NCBI GenBank assembly: GCA_023539395.1
Contig: JAKCEX010000013.1
Location: 202 to 24,201 of the forward strand
Direction: 5' to 3'
Length of the DNA stretch: 24,000 nt
From: Candidatus Geocrenenecus arthurdayi
GTDB lineage: Archaea; Thermoproteota; Nitrososphaeria_A; Caldarchaeales; Wolframiiraptoraceae
Part shown: piece by piece, positions 1-7,927 of the stretch
How the letters are laid out: each line of letters begins with the position of its first letter
Position numbering within the stretch: the first letter of the stretch is position 1
Position numbers and translations under genes: made by a program
Notes under the pieces: generated by a model
What the model saw: only the letters and a program-made list of their open reading frames with translations
Told to the model about the DNA's origin: nothing
Databases searched by the model: none

Positions 1-1079
1 CTCTCTTCAAGAGGCTGGAGAGTTAAGTCTCTTCCATCAACGTATAATACGTCAAAGAAGTATAAGCTTACAGGATATTCTTCAACTGCTTTATCTATCT
101 CATGCTTCCTTTTACGATGCATTAATTCCTGGAATGGTAGAACATCTCCTGTATCCCTATCAATCGCTACTGCTTCACATTCTAGAATTGCTGTATCTGC
201 ATTGATGCTCTCCTGAACCATTCTTACAACATCTGGGTATTGTGAAGTAATGTTTTCCTGTCTTCTTGAGAAGATTATTACATCATTACCTTTCTTGTGT
301 ATCTGCATTCTCTCTCCATCATACTTGTACTCGGCTATGCATAATCCACCCATCTTTGAGAGTATCTCTTCAGCTGATGAAAGCCTCTCAGCAAGCATAG
401 GTCTAATAGGTCTCCCGATGGTTATCTTTACATTTTTTATTCCTTCTAATCCTTCGGTAACAGCAATCTTTGCAACATAACCTATATCAGAAGTTATATT
501 GTAAGCTCTCTCAAATAGCTCTCTAGCTTCTTTCCCACCACCATATAGTATTGCAAGTGCATCAAGTATGGACATGTCAGCTACTCCTAGCCTCAGCTTA
601 CCTGTAACTATCCTCAGAATGTACTTAGCCTCCTTAGGTGTTGCCGAAGATAATAAACCAACTAAAATCTGGACTTTAGCATCCATAGCTCCTTCCCCAG
701 TAGTCTTAGCAATCTTCTCTAATGATTGGTATACTTCTTGAACTGTTAATTCTTCCATGTGGAGTGTTATCTGACTACGTTTCTCGAGAAGCTTCTCAGC
801 TACTAATCCTATATCTCCAAGCTTACCATATTCTTCTTTAATGACTTTATCTGATTGACCTGAAGCTAACTTAACAGCTCTTAGAGCTAGTTTGTCAGCT
901 ACGCCGAGTTCAATTCCTACGAAAGGTGGATAAATCTCTCCAACCGTAAGGTAGACGATCTTATCAATAATTTCTGGTGGACTCCTCTTTAATAATTCTA
1001 CTAGAAGATTAGTCATCTCAATCCTACTAGTCGTCGCCTCAATCTTCTCATAATACTGTACAAGCTGAGAAAAAAGCAT
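1..1079 (-). CDS. lig: ATP-dependent DNA ligase, N-terminal ~359 codons; the 3' end runs off the left edge of the window
   Basis: Absent from the ORF track because there is no stop inside the window. My reverse-complement translation from the ATG at 1079..1077 reads MLFSQLVQYYEKIEATTSRIEMTNLLVELLKRSPPEIIDKIVYLTVGEIYPPFVGIELGVADKLALRAV... and stays open to base 1. It contains adenylation motif I, EYKYDGER (Lys codon 326..324, in frame with 1079), typical of archaeal/eukaryotic ATP-dependent ligases. Confidence 0.9.
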   Translation of the reverse strand, partial: MLFSQLVQYYEKIEATTSRIEMTNLLVELLKRSPPEIIDKIVYLTVGEIYPPFVGIELGVADKLALRAVKLASGQSDKVIKEEYGKLGDIGLVAEKLLEKRSQITLHMEELTVQEVYQSLEKIAKTTGEGAMDAKVQILVGLLSSATPKEAKYILRIVTGKLRLGVADMSILDALAILYGGGKEARELFERAYNITSDIGYVAKIAVTEGLEGIKNVKITIGRPIRPMLAERLSSAEEILSKMGGLCIAEYKYDGERMQIHKKGNDVIIFSRRQENITSQYPDVVRMVQESINADTAILECEAVAIDRDTGDVLPFQELMHRKRKHEIDKAVEEYPVSLYFFDVLYVDGRDLTLQPLEE

Positions 1080-1101
1080 CCCAATAAAGGTTACTCAATC
1101 T

Positions 1102-1112
1102 CTAATTAAAGG
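1102..1112 (-). promoter_or_regulatory. TATA-like box for lig (minus-strand reading cctttaattag)
   Basis: A/T-rich TATA-like element centred about 28 nt upstream of the lig ATG (1079). This geometry fits a leaderless archaeal transcript. Sequence pattern only. Confidence 0.3.
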
Positions 1113-1330
1113 TTTCTTCCTCTTACTTCCTCTTCATAATATCTAGGATTTCAACAGTATAGCTTCTTAGAATACTGTATTGTAGAGTTGATTCGGATTC
1201 CTCCAGCATATTCTTAGTCTCATGAGGTAGAGATTCAATGGGCTGTATTGTAAAACTTTGCATCTTAATATCTATCTCTACCCTTTTGAAGAATTCAATC
1301 GGGGCACGCTACATTCTGTATAGTTGCACT

Positions 1331-1343
1331 AAAACATATAAGG
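1331..1343 (+). promoter_or_regulatory. TATA-like box for aconitase (aaaacatataagg)
   Basis: Centred about 29 nt upstream of the ATG at 1367. This supports the internal Met (MEFSNV...) as the true start rather than the track start at 1238. Confidence 0.35.
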
Positions 1344-1366
1344 AAGGAATAGTGAATGTAAGATTG

Positions 1367-4066
1367 ATGGAATTCTCGAATGTAACTGAGATATTTAAAA
1401 CATATAAGGGGAATGCAAGAATATGGAATCCAACTAAGATTAAGGAAGTAGATCTATATTCAATACCATACTCTATAAGAATTCTTATTGAGAACACTCT
1501 CAGAAACCTCGATGGAAAAGTTGTTACTGAAGAAGATGTAAAAGCACTTATAAATTGGAGAGACAATATAGGGAGGGAGATCCCATACTTTCCCAGTAGA
1601 GTGATCCTACAGGATTTTACGGGTGTTCCAGCACTTATTGATCTTGCAGCAATGAGAGATGCTGTAAAGAAGCTTGGAGGAAACCCTAAAACTATTAACC
1701 CTCTTGTCCCTGTACACTTGATAATAGATCATTCAGTTCAGGTAGACTACTATGGTACTGCTTATGCTCTTGAACGTAACATGGAAGTAGAAATTGAGAG
1801 GAATATAGAGAGATATAGATTCTTAAAGTGGTCTGAGAAAGCATTTAAGAATTTGAAGGTTGCATCTCCAGGTTTTGGGATAATACATCAAGTTAATATT
1901 GAGTATCTTGCACAAGTCATACATTTAACTAAGTTTAATGGTAGGCTTGCAGCATTCCCAGATACTGTTATAGGTACTGACTCTCATACAACGATGGTTT
2001 CTTCCCTGGGGATTCTCGGATGGGGTGTGGGAGGAATAGAAGCTGAAGCAGTGATGCTTGGACAACCATACTACATATCGATACCTGAAGTTATCGGAGT
2101 AAAATTGATGGGAGAACCGAGGGAAGGAGTAACACCTACAGATTTAGTCCTAACTATCACAGAGATACTTAGAAAGAAGAACTTAGTAGATAAGATAGTT
2201 GAATTTACTGGGCCGGGGGTTGGCAAATTATCTGCACCAGATAGAGCAACTATCTCTAATATGTCTCCAGAGTATGGCCCGAGAACAGCATACTTCCCAA
2301 TAGATGCTGAAACACTAAAGTACCTCCAGCTTACCGGTAGAAGTTTACAGCATGTTAAGTTTGTTGAAAAATACTCAAAGAAGATCGGAATATTTAGAGA
2401 TGAGTCATCCCCAGAACCTGAATACATAGATGTAATAACGATAGATTTAAGCGAAGTCGAACCTTCAATATCAGGCCCATTAAATCCAGAAGATAGAATA
2501 CCATTAAGCAAAGTAAAAGAAAGATTTATTCAGATATTGAATGAGTATATTGAAGAATCTAGAAAGAGGGGGGTCAACGTAGACTTATCTGTAAGAGCAT
2601 CCTTGGAATTCGATGGATTAAAGACTGAATTAACACATGGAAGCATAGTTATAGCAGCTATAACGAGTTGTGTAAATACTTCTAATCCTACACTAATGAT
2701 AGGTGCAGGCCTCCTCGCTAAGAAAGCTGTAGAAAGAGGTTTATCTACTAAACCATGGGTTAAAACTAGCTTTGCACCTGGAAGCCCAGTAGTAGTTGAA
2801 TATCTTAAGAAATCAGGCTTACTCCAATATCTAGAAGCTCTGAGATTCCATGTTGTAGGATTCGGCTGTACAACGTGTATAGGCAATAGTGGACCACTCC
2901 CACCAAAGATTTCAGATGCAATTAAATCCTATCAGCTCTACGCTGTAAGCGTACTGAGTGGTAACAGGAACTTTGCAGGCAGGATACACCCATTAACCAG
3001 AGGCAGCTTTCTAGCTTCCCCATTACTCGTTGTTGCATATGCTCTAGCAGGAAGACTCGACATAGACTTATACAATGAACCATTAGGACTAGACCCGAAT
3101 GGAGCGCCAGTATATCTCAAAGACATATGGCCAAGTAATAGAGAAATTAGAGAAGTCATAGAGAAGGTGATTAGCCCATCTGATTTTAAGAAGAGATACA
3201 GTAAGATATTTGAGGGAAGCGAGAAATGGAGAGAGATACAGGTAGAAGCAACAGACCTTTACCCATGGGATGAGAAATCTACCTATATACGGAAACCCCC
3301 ATTCTTTGAAGACTTAACTCCCGAACCCTCAGAACCTAGAGATATAAGAAATGCTAGAACCCTGGTTTTACTAGGTGACCGAATAACTACAGACCATATA
3401 TCACCTGCAGGATCAATCCCTGTTGAGAGTTTAGCAGGCAGATACTTGATTGAGAGAGGGGTTAGACCAGAAGAATTCAATACATATGGTTCAAGAAGAG
3501 GAAACCATGAAGTAATGGTTAGAGGTACCTTCGATAATATTAGGCTAAGAAACCTCTTAACACCTGAAAAGGAAGGAGGCTGGACGATACACTTGCCAAC
3601 AGGTCAATTAATGAGAGTTTATGAAGCTTCACAGAAGTATATGGAGGAAGGCATACCCGTCATTGTAGTTGCAGGAAAACAATACGGTGCTGGAAGCTCA
3701 AGAGATTGGGCTGCTAAAGGACCACACCTCCTCGGGGTAAAAGCTGTGATTGCAGAAAACTTTGAAAGTATACATAGAAGTAATCTAGTAGGCATGGGTA
3801 TACTTCCACTACAATTTGAAGAAGGACAAAACTGGAAAACTCTTGGGCTAACAGGAAGAGAAGTCTTCCATATTGAGGGGATAGAAGAAGGATTATACCC
3901 AAGAAAGAAGCTTAGAGTAAGAGCAGTAAGAGAAAATGGTTCAGAAATAGTCTTTAATGTAATCGCTAGACTTGACACGAATATAGAGGTCGAATACTAT
4001 AAACATGGGGGGATACTAAAGTACGTCATAAGAAACATACTTAAGAAAACAGCTAAAACAAAATAG
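1367..4066 (+). CDS. acnA: Aconitate hydratase (AcnA/IRP-type aconitase), ~899 aa
   Basis: Track ORF 1238..4066. It shows the hallmark N-terminal PYSIRILIENTLRN and GTDSHTT, plus Fe-S ligand motifs ITSCVNTSNP and GFGCTTCIGNSG, and SGNRNFAGR and GSSRDWAAKG. I moved the start to ATG 1367: the 43 upstream codons (MGCIVKLCILIS...) look non-aconitase and overlap the TATA box. Confidence 0.93.
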   Translation: MEFSNVTEIFKTYKGNARIWNPTKIKEVDLYSIPYSIRILIENTLRNLDGKVVTEEDVKALINWRDNIGREIPYFPSRVILQDFTGVPALIDLAAMRDAVKKLGGNPKTINPLVPVHLIIDHSVQVDYYGTAYALERNMEVEIERNIERYRFLKWSEKAFKNLKVASPGFGIIHQVNIEYLAQVIHLTKFNGRLAAFPDTVIGTDSHTTMVSSLGILGWGVGGIEAEAVMLGQPYYISIPEVIGVKLMGEPREGVTPTDLVLTITEILRKKNLVDKIVEFTGPGVGKLSAPDRATISNMSPEYGPRTAYFPIDAETLKYLQLTGRSLQHVKFVEKYSKKIGIFRDESSPEPEYIDVITIDLSEVEPSISGPLNPEDRIPLSKVKERFIQILNEYIEESRKRGVNVDLSVRASLEFDGLKTELTHGSIVIAAITSCVNTSNPTLMIGAGLLAKKAVERGLSTKPWVKTSFAPGSPVVVEYLKKSGLLQYLEALRFHVVGFGCTTCIGNSGPLPPKISDAIKSYQLYAVSVLSGNRNFAGRIHPLTRGSFLASPLLVVAYALAGRLDIDLYNEPLGLDPNGAPVYLKDIWPSNREIREVIEKVISPSDFKKRYSKIFEGSEKWREIQVEATDLYPWDEKSTYIRKPPFFEDLTPEPSEPRDIRNARTLVLLGDRITTDHISPAGSIPVESLAGRYLIERGVRPEEFNTYGSRRGNHEVMVRGTFDNIRLRNLLTPEKEGGWTIHLPTGQLMRVYEASQKYMEEGIPVIVVAGKQYGAGSSRDWAAKGPHLLGVKAVIAENFESIHRSNLVGMGILPLQFEEGQNWKTLGLTGREVFHIEGIEEGLYPRKKLRVRAVRENGSEIVFNVIARLDTNIEVEYYKHGGILKYVIRNILKKTAKTK

Positions 4067-4104
4067 CATTCAGCGGTTTATACACATATAATCTCTAATA
4101 CTTT

Positions 4105-5019
4105 TTATAACTCTGTTAATTGTGCACCATGGTTACGTGCTTCTGTAAATACATACCTAAAGGCGTTCACAGGTTTAAGTCTTCCAGCAATATATTCTAC
4201 TTCGTCTTCTCTTACGAAACCATAGACTGTCGGCCCCCATGAACTCTGACCAACACCACGTACTCCAATATTCTTCATTAATTCTACCACCTCCCTAGAT
4301 AATGGATGGTATGCTCCAAGCTGAATATCTCTAAAGAAGCTAGAAGTTAAAGTATCTAATTCTTCTATTGCTTCAGTGAATTTCAAGAAATCTTTTTCTA
4401 TTATTGATGGGAGTAGTTTCATTAAAATGATTGTAGAAGCATCTTTAAGAGAAGCTGCATTGAGTTTGTTAAAACTCTCTTCTTCAACTTTACTATGCAA
4501 TCCCAATTCTTCAATGGTCGGTATAGCTAGTAAGATTTTCCACTCACTTGGAAGATCACATCTAAATAATAGGGGTGGAAGCTTAGTGGAAGGGGTTCTC
4601 CCACCATCTATGGTTAAACCCCCTTTCTGGAAGAGCCAGTAACCTGCTCCAGACCTCCTACATCTATTGAATATCTCGGCTATTTCTTCTAATGTTAAGT
4701 CTAATCCATAGAGTCTTGAAGCCGCTAAACCTATAGAAAGGATAGTTTGGGTACCCGACCCAAGCCCTACATGTCTAGGGATGTATTCTTCACATATAAT
4801 CTTCAAACCATTTATCTTCAGCTTCTCTGAAATCCTTGAAGCAGTATCCTTCAACCATTTAGGTCCATGAATAATAAGATTATAAGACTTCTCGACTATA
4901 ACCGATAACTTAGGCTGGTTTAAATATAGTCCTACGGATCCCCATCTACGTCCCGAGACTCCTAAAGGGTCAATAAATCCAAGATGAATTCTTGAGCCAG
5001 CATCTATCTTAATCTTCAA
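4105..5019 (-). CDS. mptG: Beta-ribofuranosylaminobenzene 5'-phosphate synthase (GHMP-kinase fold; methanopterin-type cofactor biosynthesis)
   Basis: Track ORF 4105..5139. It carries SRIHLGFIDP...GRRWGSVG and the GHMP motif PRHVGLGSGTQ, then SGAGYWLFQKGGLTIDGG and QSSWGPTVYGF, as I remember the MJ1427 family. I moved the start to TTG 5019 (codon 41 of the track ORF). That TTG is preceded by AGGAGG with a 6-nt spacer. The longer ORF would overlap the divergent mptA start. Confidence 0.75.
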   Translation of the reverse strand: MKIKIDAGSRIHLGFIDPLGVSGRRWGSVGLYLNQPKLSVIVEKSYNLIIHGPKWLKDTASRISEKLKINGLKIICEEYIPRHVGLGSGTQTILSIGLAASRLYGLDLTLEEIAEIFNRCRRSGAGYWLFQKGGLTIDGGRTPSTKLPPLLFRCDLPSEWKILLAIPTIEELGLHSKVEEESFNKLNAASLKDASTIILMKLLPSIIEKDFLKFTEAIEELDTLTSSFFRDIQLGAYHPLSREVVELMKNIGVRGVGQSSWGPTVYGFVREDEVEYIAGRLKPVNAFRYVFTEARNHGAQLTEL

Positions 5020-5109
5020 GTTTCGCCTCCTACAAATTATGAAAATGACCGAGTATTCATCTTTTTGTTTTGATAGGATTAACTTATTATTTAGGTAAGC
5101 TGAGGATAG

Positions 5110-5991
5110 GTGAAGATGTCTGAGATTCCAAATATTCAAGATGAAGAAGCGGAGATACCTATTCCGATAGATATGGTTGGGTTTAAGAATATTAGGATGC
5201 CTGCAGGGAGAATATTCTTAAATGGTCTTGAAATAATCATAGTACCAAGGTTTGATGTTTACGTAGATCTACCTGTTGATAGACGTGCCGTACATACATC
5301 AAGACTATATCATTCAGTCATGGAGATTATGAAAGATTATTCAGGAAAAGCTGTGAAATTGGAAGAGATGGGAAGGAGAATTGCTGAGAAACTTCTTAAA
5401 GATAATCCTCATTCTAGTAAAGCATACGTTAATATTTATTCAAATGTTTTTTACAGAGCTGAGTCGCCAATTACAAGATCTATCTCTTATGAACCCTTCA
5501 ATTTATTCGTAAGGATAAGAGCAGCCAATAATTTTGATAGAATTGAGATACTACAATCTATAGGAGTGGAAACTTACGGATTAACAGCATGTCCCTGTGC
5601 AAGAGAAGTAATAAAAACACTGTATCATGGATTAGAAGCGACCCATATGCAGAGAACGAAAGCCAAAGTCTTCATTCAGTTCTCTAACAACTTTGAGATA
5701 GATATAATTGAATTATTAAATGTTGTTAGATCCTCTTTCAGTTCTCCATTATACTCTCACCTGAAGAGAGTGGATGAAGCAAAAGTAGTAGTAGACTCAC
5801 TAGAATCAACAAGATTTGTTGAAGATACTCTGAGAGAGATTGTTAAAAAGATAATTGAGAGATGGAGTAATCTTCCAGATAATTCAAGAATCTACGCTTA
5901 TGTAGAAAGTATCGAAAGTATTCACCCTCAAAATATTGCAGCATGCATCGATATAGATGTGAGGAAAGCAAGATTACTTCTTAAGAGATAG
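5110..5991 (+). CDS. mptA: GTP cyclohydrolase of the MptA/FolE2 (COG1469) family; the archaeal type makes dihydroneopterin cyclic phosphate
   Basis: 293-aa ORF with VHTSRLY, GLTACPCAREV and a C-terminal HPQNI, resembling the DUF198/GTP cyclohydrolase IV family. The track start at 5110 is GTG. An ATG two codons later (5116) is equally possible, with GAGG at 5103..5106. Confidence 0.72.
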   Translation: MKMSEIPNIQDEEAEIPIPIDMVGFKNIRMPAGRIFLNGLEIIIVPRFDVYVDLPVDRRAVHTSRLYHSVMEIMKDYSGKAVKLEEMGRRIAEKLLKDNPHSSKAYVNIYSNVFYRAESPITRSISYEPFNLFVRIRAANNFDRIEILQSIGVETYGLTACPCAREVIKTLYHGLEATHMQRTKAKVFIQFSNNFEIDIIELLNVVRSSFSSPLYSHLKRVDEAKVVVDSLESTRFVEDTLREIVKKIIERWSNLPDNSRIYAYVESIESIHPQNIAACIDIDVRKARLLLKR

Positions 5992-6001
5992 GTGGCGAAT
6001 A

Positions 6002-6781
6002 ATGGATTGGAGAGAATGGAAGCCACTATACCTTGAAATAGTTAAAGAAATGGGCTACTCGATAGAGCAAGACTTCTCATCAGCTCAATTATTAAACAAG
6101 CTATTATCAGGAAGAGCTATCACGTTAGACGAATTGAGAAAGAAAGTCTGTGATAGAACTACTGCAGTAGTCTTTGGAGCAGGACCATCACTTACCCTGG
6201 ATATTTCAAACTTCATTGATTCAAAGTTGCTTAATGATGTAGTCGTTATCGTGGCTGATGGAGCTTCAAAAGCATTCTTAGAGAGAGGATTAAGGGTAGA
6301 TATTGTTGTAACAGACCTTGATGGAGGTGATGAAGTATTAATCGAGGCTTCAAAGAATTGTTTAGCGATGGTTGTTCATTCACATGGAGACAATATCCAT
6401 AGAATAGAGAGACTCGTACCTTTACTGCATAAGAAGATACTTGGGACAACACAATGTAAACCATTTGGCTTCCTCTATAATTTTGGAGGATTCACAGATG
6501 GTGATAGAGCTGTATTCCTAGCAGATACTCTAGGATTTGAGAAGATAATACTAGCAGGAATGGATTTCGGAGAAGAAGTAGGAGAATATTCTAAGAACAC
6601 TAAGGAGGCTGATGATGAATGGCTTAAAGCAAAGAAAAAGAAGCTCTCTTTAGGTAAGAAGCTTCTTGAACTTTACGCATCGAAGTCTAGTAGAAAACTA
6701 TACAATGCTACATCTAGAGGTGAAGAGATTAGAGGCTTCATCAAAGCATCCTTTAAAGAAATTGCCCAAATGCTAGGCTAG
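6002..6781 (+). CDS. mptE: 6-hydroxymethyl-7,8-dihydropterin pyrophosphokinase, archaeal MptE type (DUF115)
   Basis: 259-aa ORF with VFGAGPSL, VVTDLDGG, HSHGDN and LAGMDFG, the motif set I associate with the MJ1634/MptE family. It starts 10 nt after the mptA stop, so co-transcription is likely. Confidence 0.72.
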   Translation: MDWREWKPLYLEIVKEMGYSIEQDFSSAQLLNKLLSGRAITLDELRKKVCDRTTAVVFGAGPSLTLDISNFIDSKLLNDVVVIVADGASKAFLERGLRVDIVVTDLDGGDEVLIEASKNCLAMVVHSHGDNIHRIERLVPLLHKKILGTTQCKPFGFLYNFGGFTDGDRAVFLADTLGFEKIILAGMDFGEEVGEYSKNTKEADDEWLKAKKKKLSLGKKLLELYASKSSRKLYNATSRGEEIRGFIKASFKEIAQMLG

Positions 6782-6830
6782 TATCTGTAAAATTTATCTT
6801 AAAGATGTCTTCCGTAATTTATGAATAATC

Positions 6831-7628
6831 ATGGTTGAAGAAAAAAGATGTAGAATAGGGTTGATTGGCGGATCGGGGATATACGACCCAGGTCTTCTAA
6901 AGAATGTAGAGAAGATAAAAGCCTATACACCATATGGTTCTCCAAGCTCCCACATCACCGTCGGAGAATACTCAGGGATAAGGATAGCTTTTATCCCAAG
7001 ACATGGAGAAGGGCATACTATTCCACCCCATGCTATAAACTATAGAGCAAATATCTGGGCCCTAAGAGAACTTGGAGTTGAAAGAGTTCTTGCCCCAAGC
7101 GCTGTCGGAAGCCTCCAAGAAGAGTATAAGCCTGGAGAACTCGTTCTCCCAGACCAGTATATTGATAGGACATGGGGTCGAGCTGGAACATTCTATGATG
7201 GAGGACAGGTAGCACATGTGAGTATGGCTGACCCCTTCTGCCCAGAGCTTACAGACATAGTATACGATGTTGCAGTCTCAATAGGTCTACCTATACATAA
7301 GGGTGGAACATATATCTGTATCCAGGGACCGAGATTCTCAACTAGAGCTGAATCAAAACTGTATAGAAGCTGGGGAGCACATATAATTGGGATGACTCTT
7401 ATCCCTGAAGTTAATCTAGCTAGAGAAGCTAGAATGTGTTATCTAACAATAGCTATGATAACAGATTATGATGTATGGGCTGAGAAACCTGTGAGCGCCG
7501 AGGAAGTTGTAAAAACCATGAGAGAGAATGTTGAAAAAGTTAGGAAACTACTAGAGAAAGCTATTCCAAAGATACCTGACAAAAGAGGATGCCAATGTGG
7601 AAAATACCTTGATGAAGCATTAATGTAG
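6831..7628 (+). CDS. mtnP: S-methyl-5'-thioadenosine phosphorylase (PNP family 2)
   Basis: 265-aa ORF with IGLIGGSG, FIPRHGEGH..PPH.INYRANIWAL and VGMT..PE..LAREA, typical of trimeric/hexameric MTAP. The C-terminus carries CQC (Cys codons 7590..7592 and 7596..7598). Confidence 0.88.
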   Translation: MVEEKRCRIGLIGGSGIYDPGLLKNVEKIKAYTPYGSPSSHITVGEYSGIRIAFIPRHGEGHTIPPHAINYRANIWALRELGVERVLAPSAVGSLQEEYKPGELVLPDQYIDRTWGRAGTFYDGGQVAHVSMADPFCPELTDIVYDVAVSIGLPIHKGGTYICIQGPRFSTRAESKLYRSWGAHIIGMTLIPEVNLAREARMCYLTIAMITDYDVWAEKPVSAEEVVKTMRENVEKVRKLLEKAIPKIPDKRGCQCGKYLDEALM

Positions 7629-7927
7629 AAATTAAGAAGAAGCTTAATCCTATCCTAGGAGATCAAGGAAGTCAATACATGATAACGGGCAAACATAATG
7701 TAAATAATGGTGAGGAGAATATCTAAACAAGCTTCAAGAAAAACTAAGATGTGAAAATATGGTTGAGAAGACAATCTGGGAAAATAAGAGATTAAGAAAG
7801 TAGACTATAACATTGGTGGCATTTACTTCATAAATAATTTAGTTAGAAGTACCGTTAAGAAATATATTTAAATCCAACTGAGTTCGATAAGTATTGTTTA
7901 GAGGGGTAGCTTATTGTTTCTGAGATC

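Noticed and set aside
1238-1366. 43-codon N-terminal extension of the aconitase ORF
   Set aside because: The extension (MGCIVKLCILISISTLLKNS...) does not resemble aconitase N-termini and covers the TATA-like box at 1331..1343. ATG 1367 gives a standard-length enzyme.
2071-3978. Several long antisense ORFs inside the aconitase gene (2071..2511, 2530..2886, 2938..3159, 3283..3480, 3619..3978, 3714..3902)
   Set aside because: All lie opposite a strongly supported, motif-rich CDS. Their translations are low-complexity (Ser/Leu/Pro/Thr-rich) with no recognisable motifs or promoter geometry. They are the expected by-product of purine-rich codon usage on the sense strand. The same reasoning applies to the other embedded antisense ORFs in the track: 250..480, 1309..1566, 4376..4642, 6246..6464, 7033..7215, 8670..8888, 9535..9741, 11348..11584, 12403..12657, 13925..14110, 16345..16554, 16967..17152, 17783..18148, 19699..19914, 21043..21234 and 21990..22187.
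5020-5139. 40-codon 5' extension of mptG that would overlap the mptA start on the opposite strand
   Set aside because: An in-frame TTG at 5019 is preceded by AGGAGG at ideal spacing. The extension has no family similarity and would eliminate the divergent promoter region.
7629-7927. AT-rich spacer as a replication origin
   Set aside because: I could find no repeated ORB or mini-ORB-like elements, and there is no adjacent orc1/cdc6 gene.
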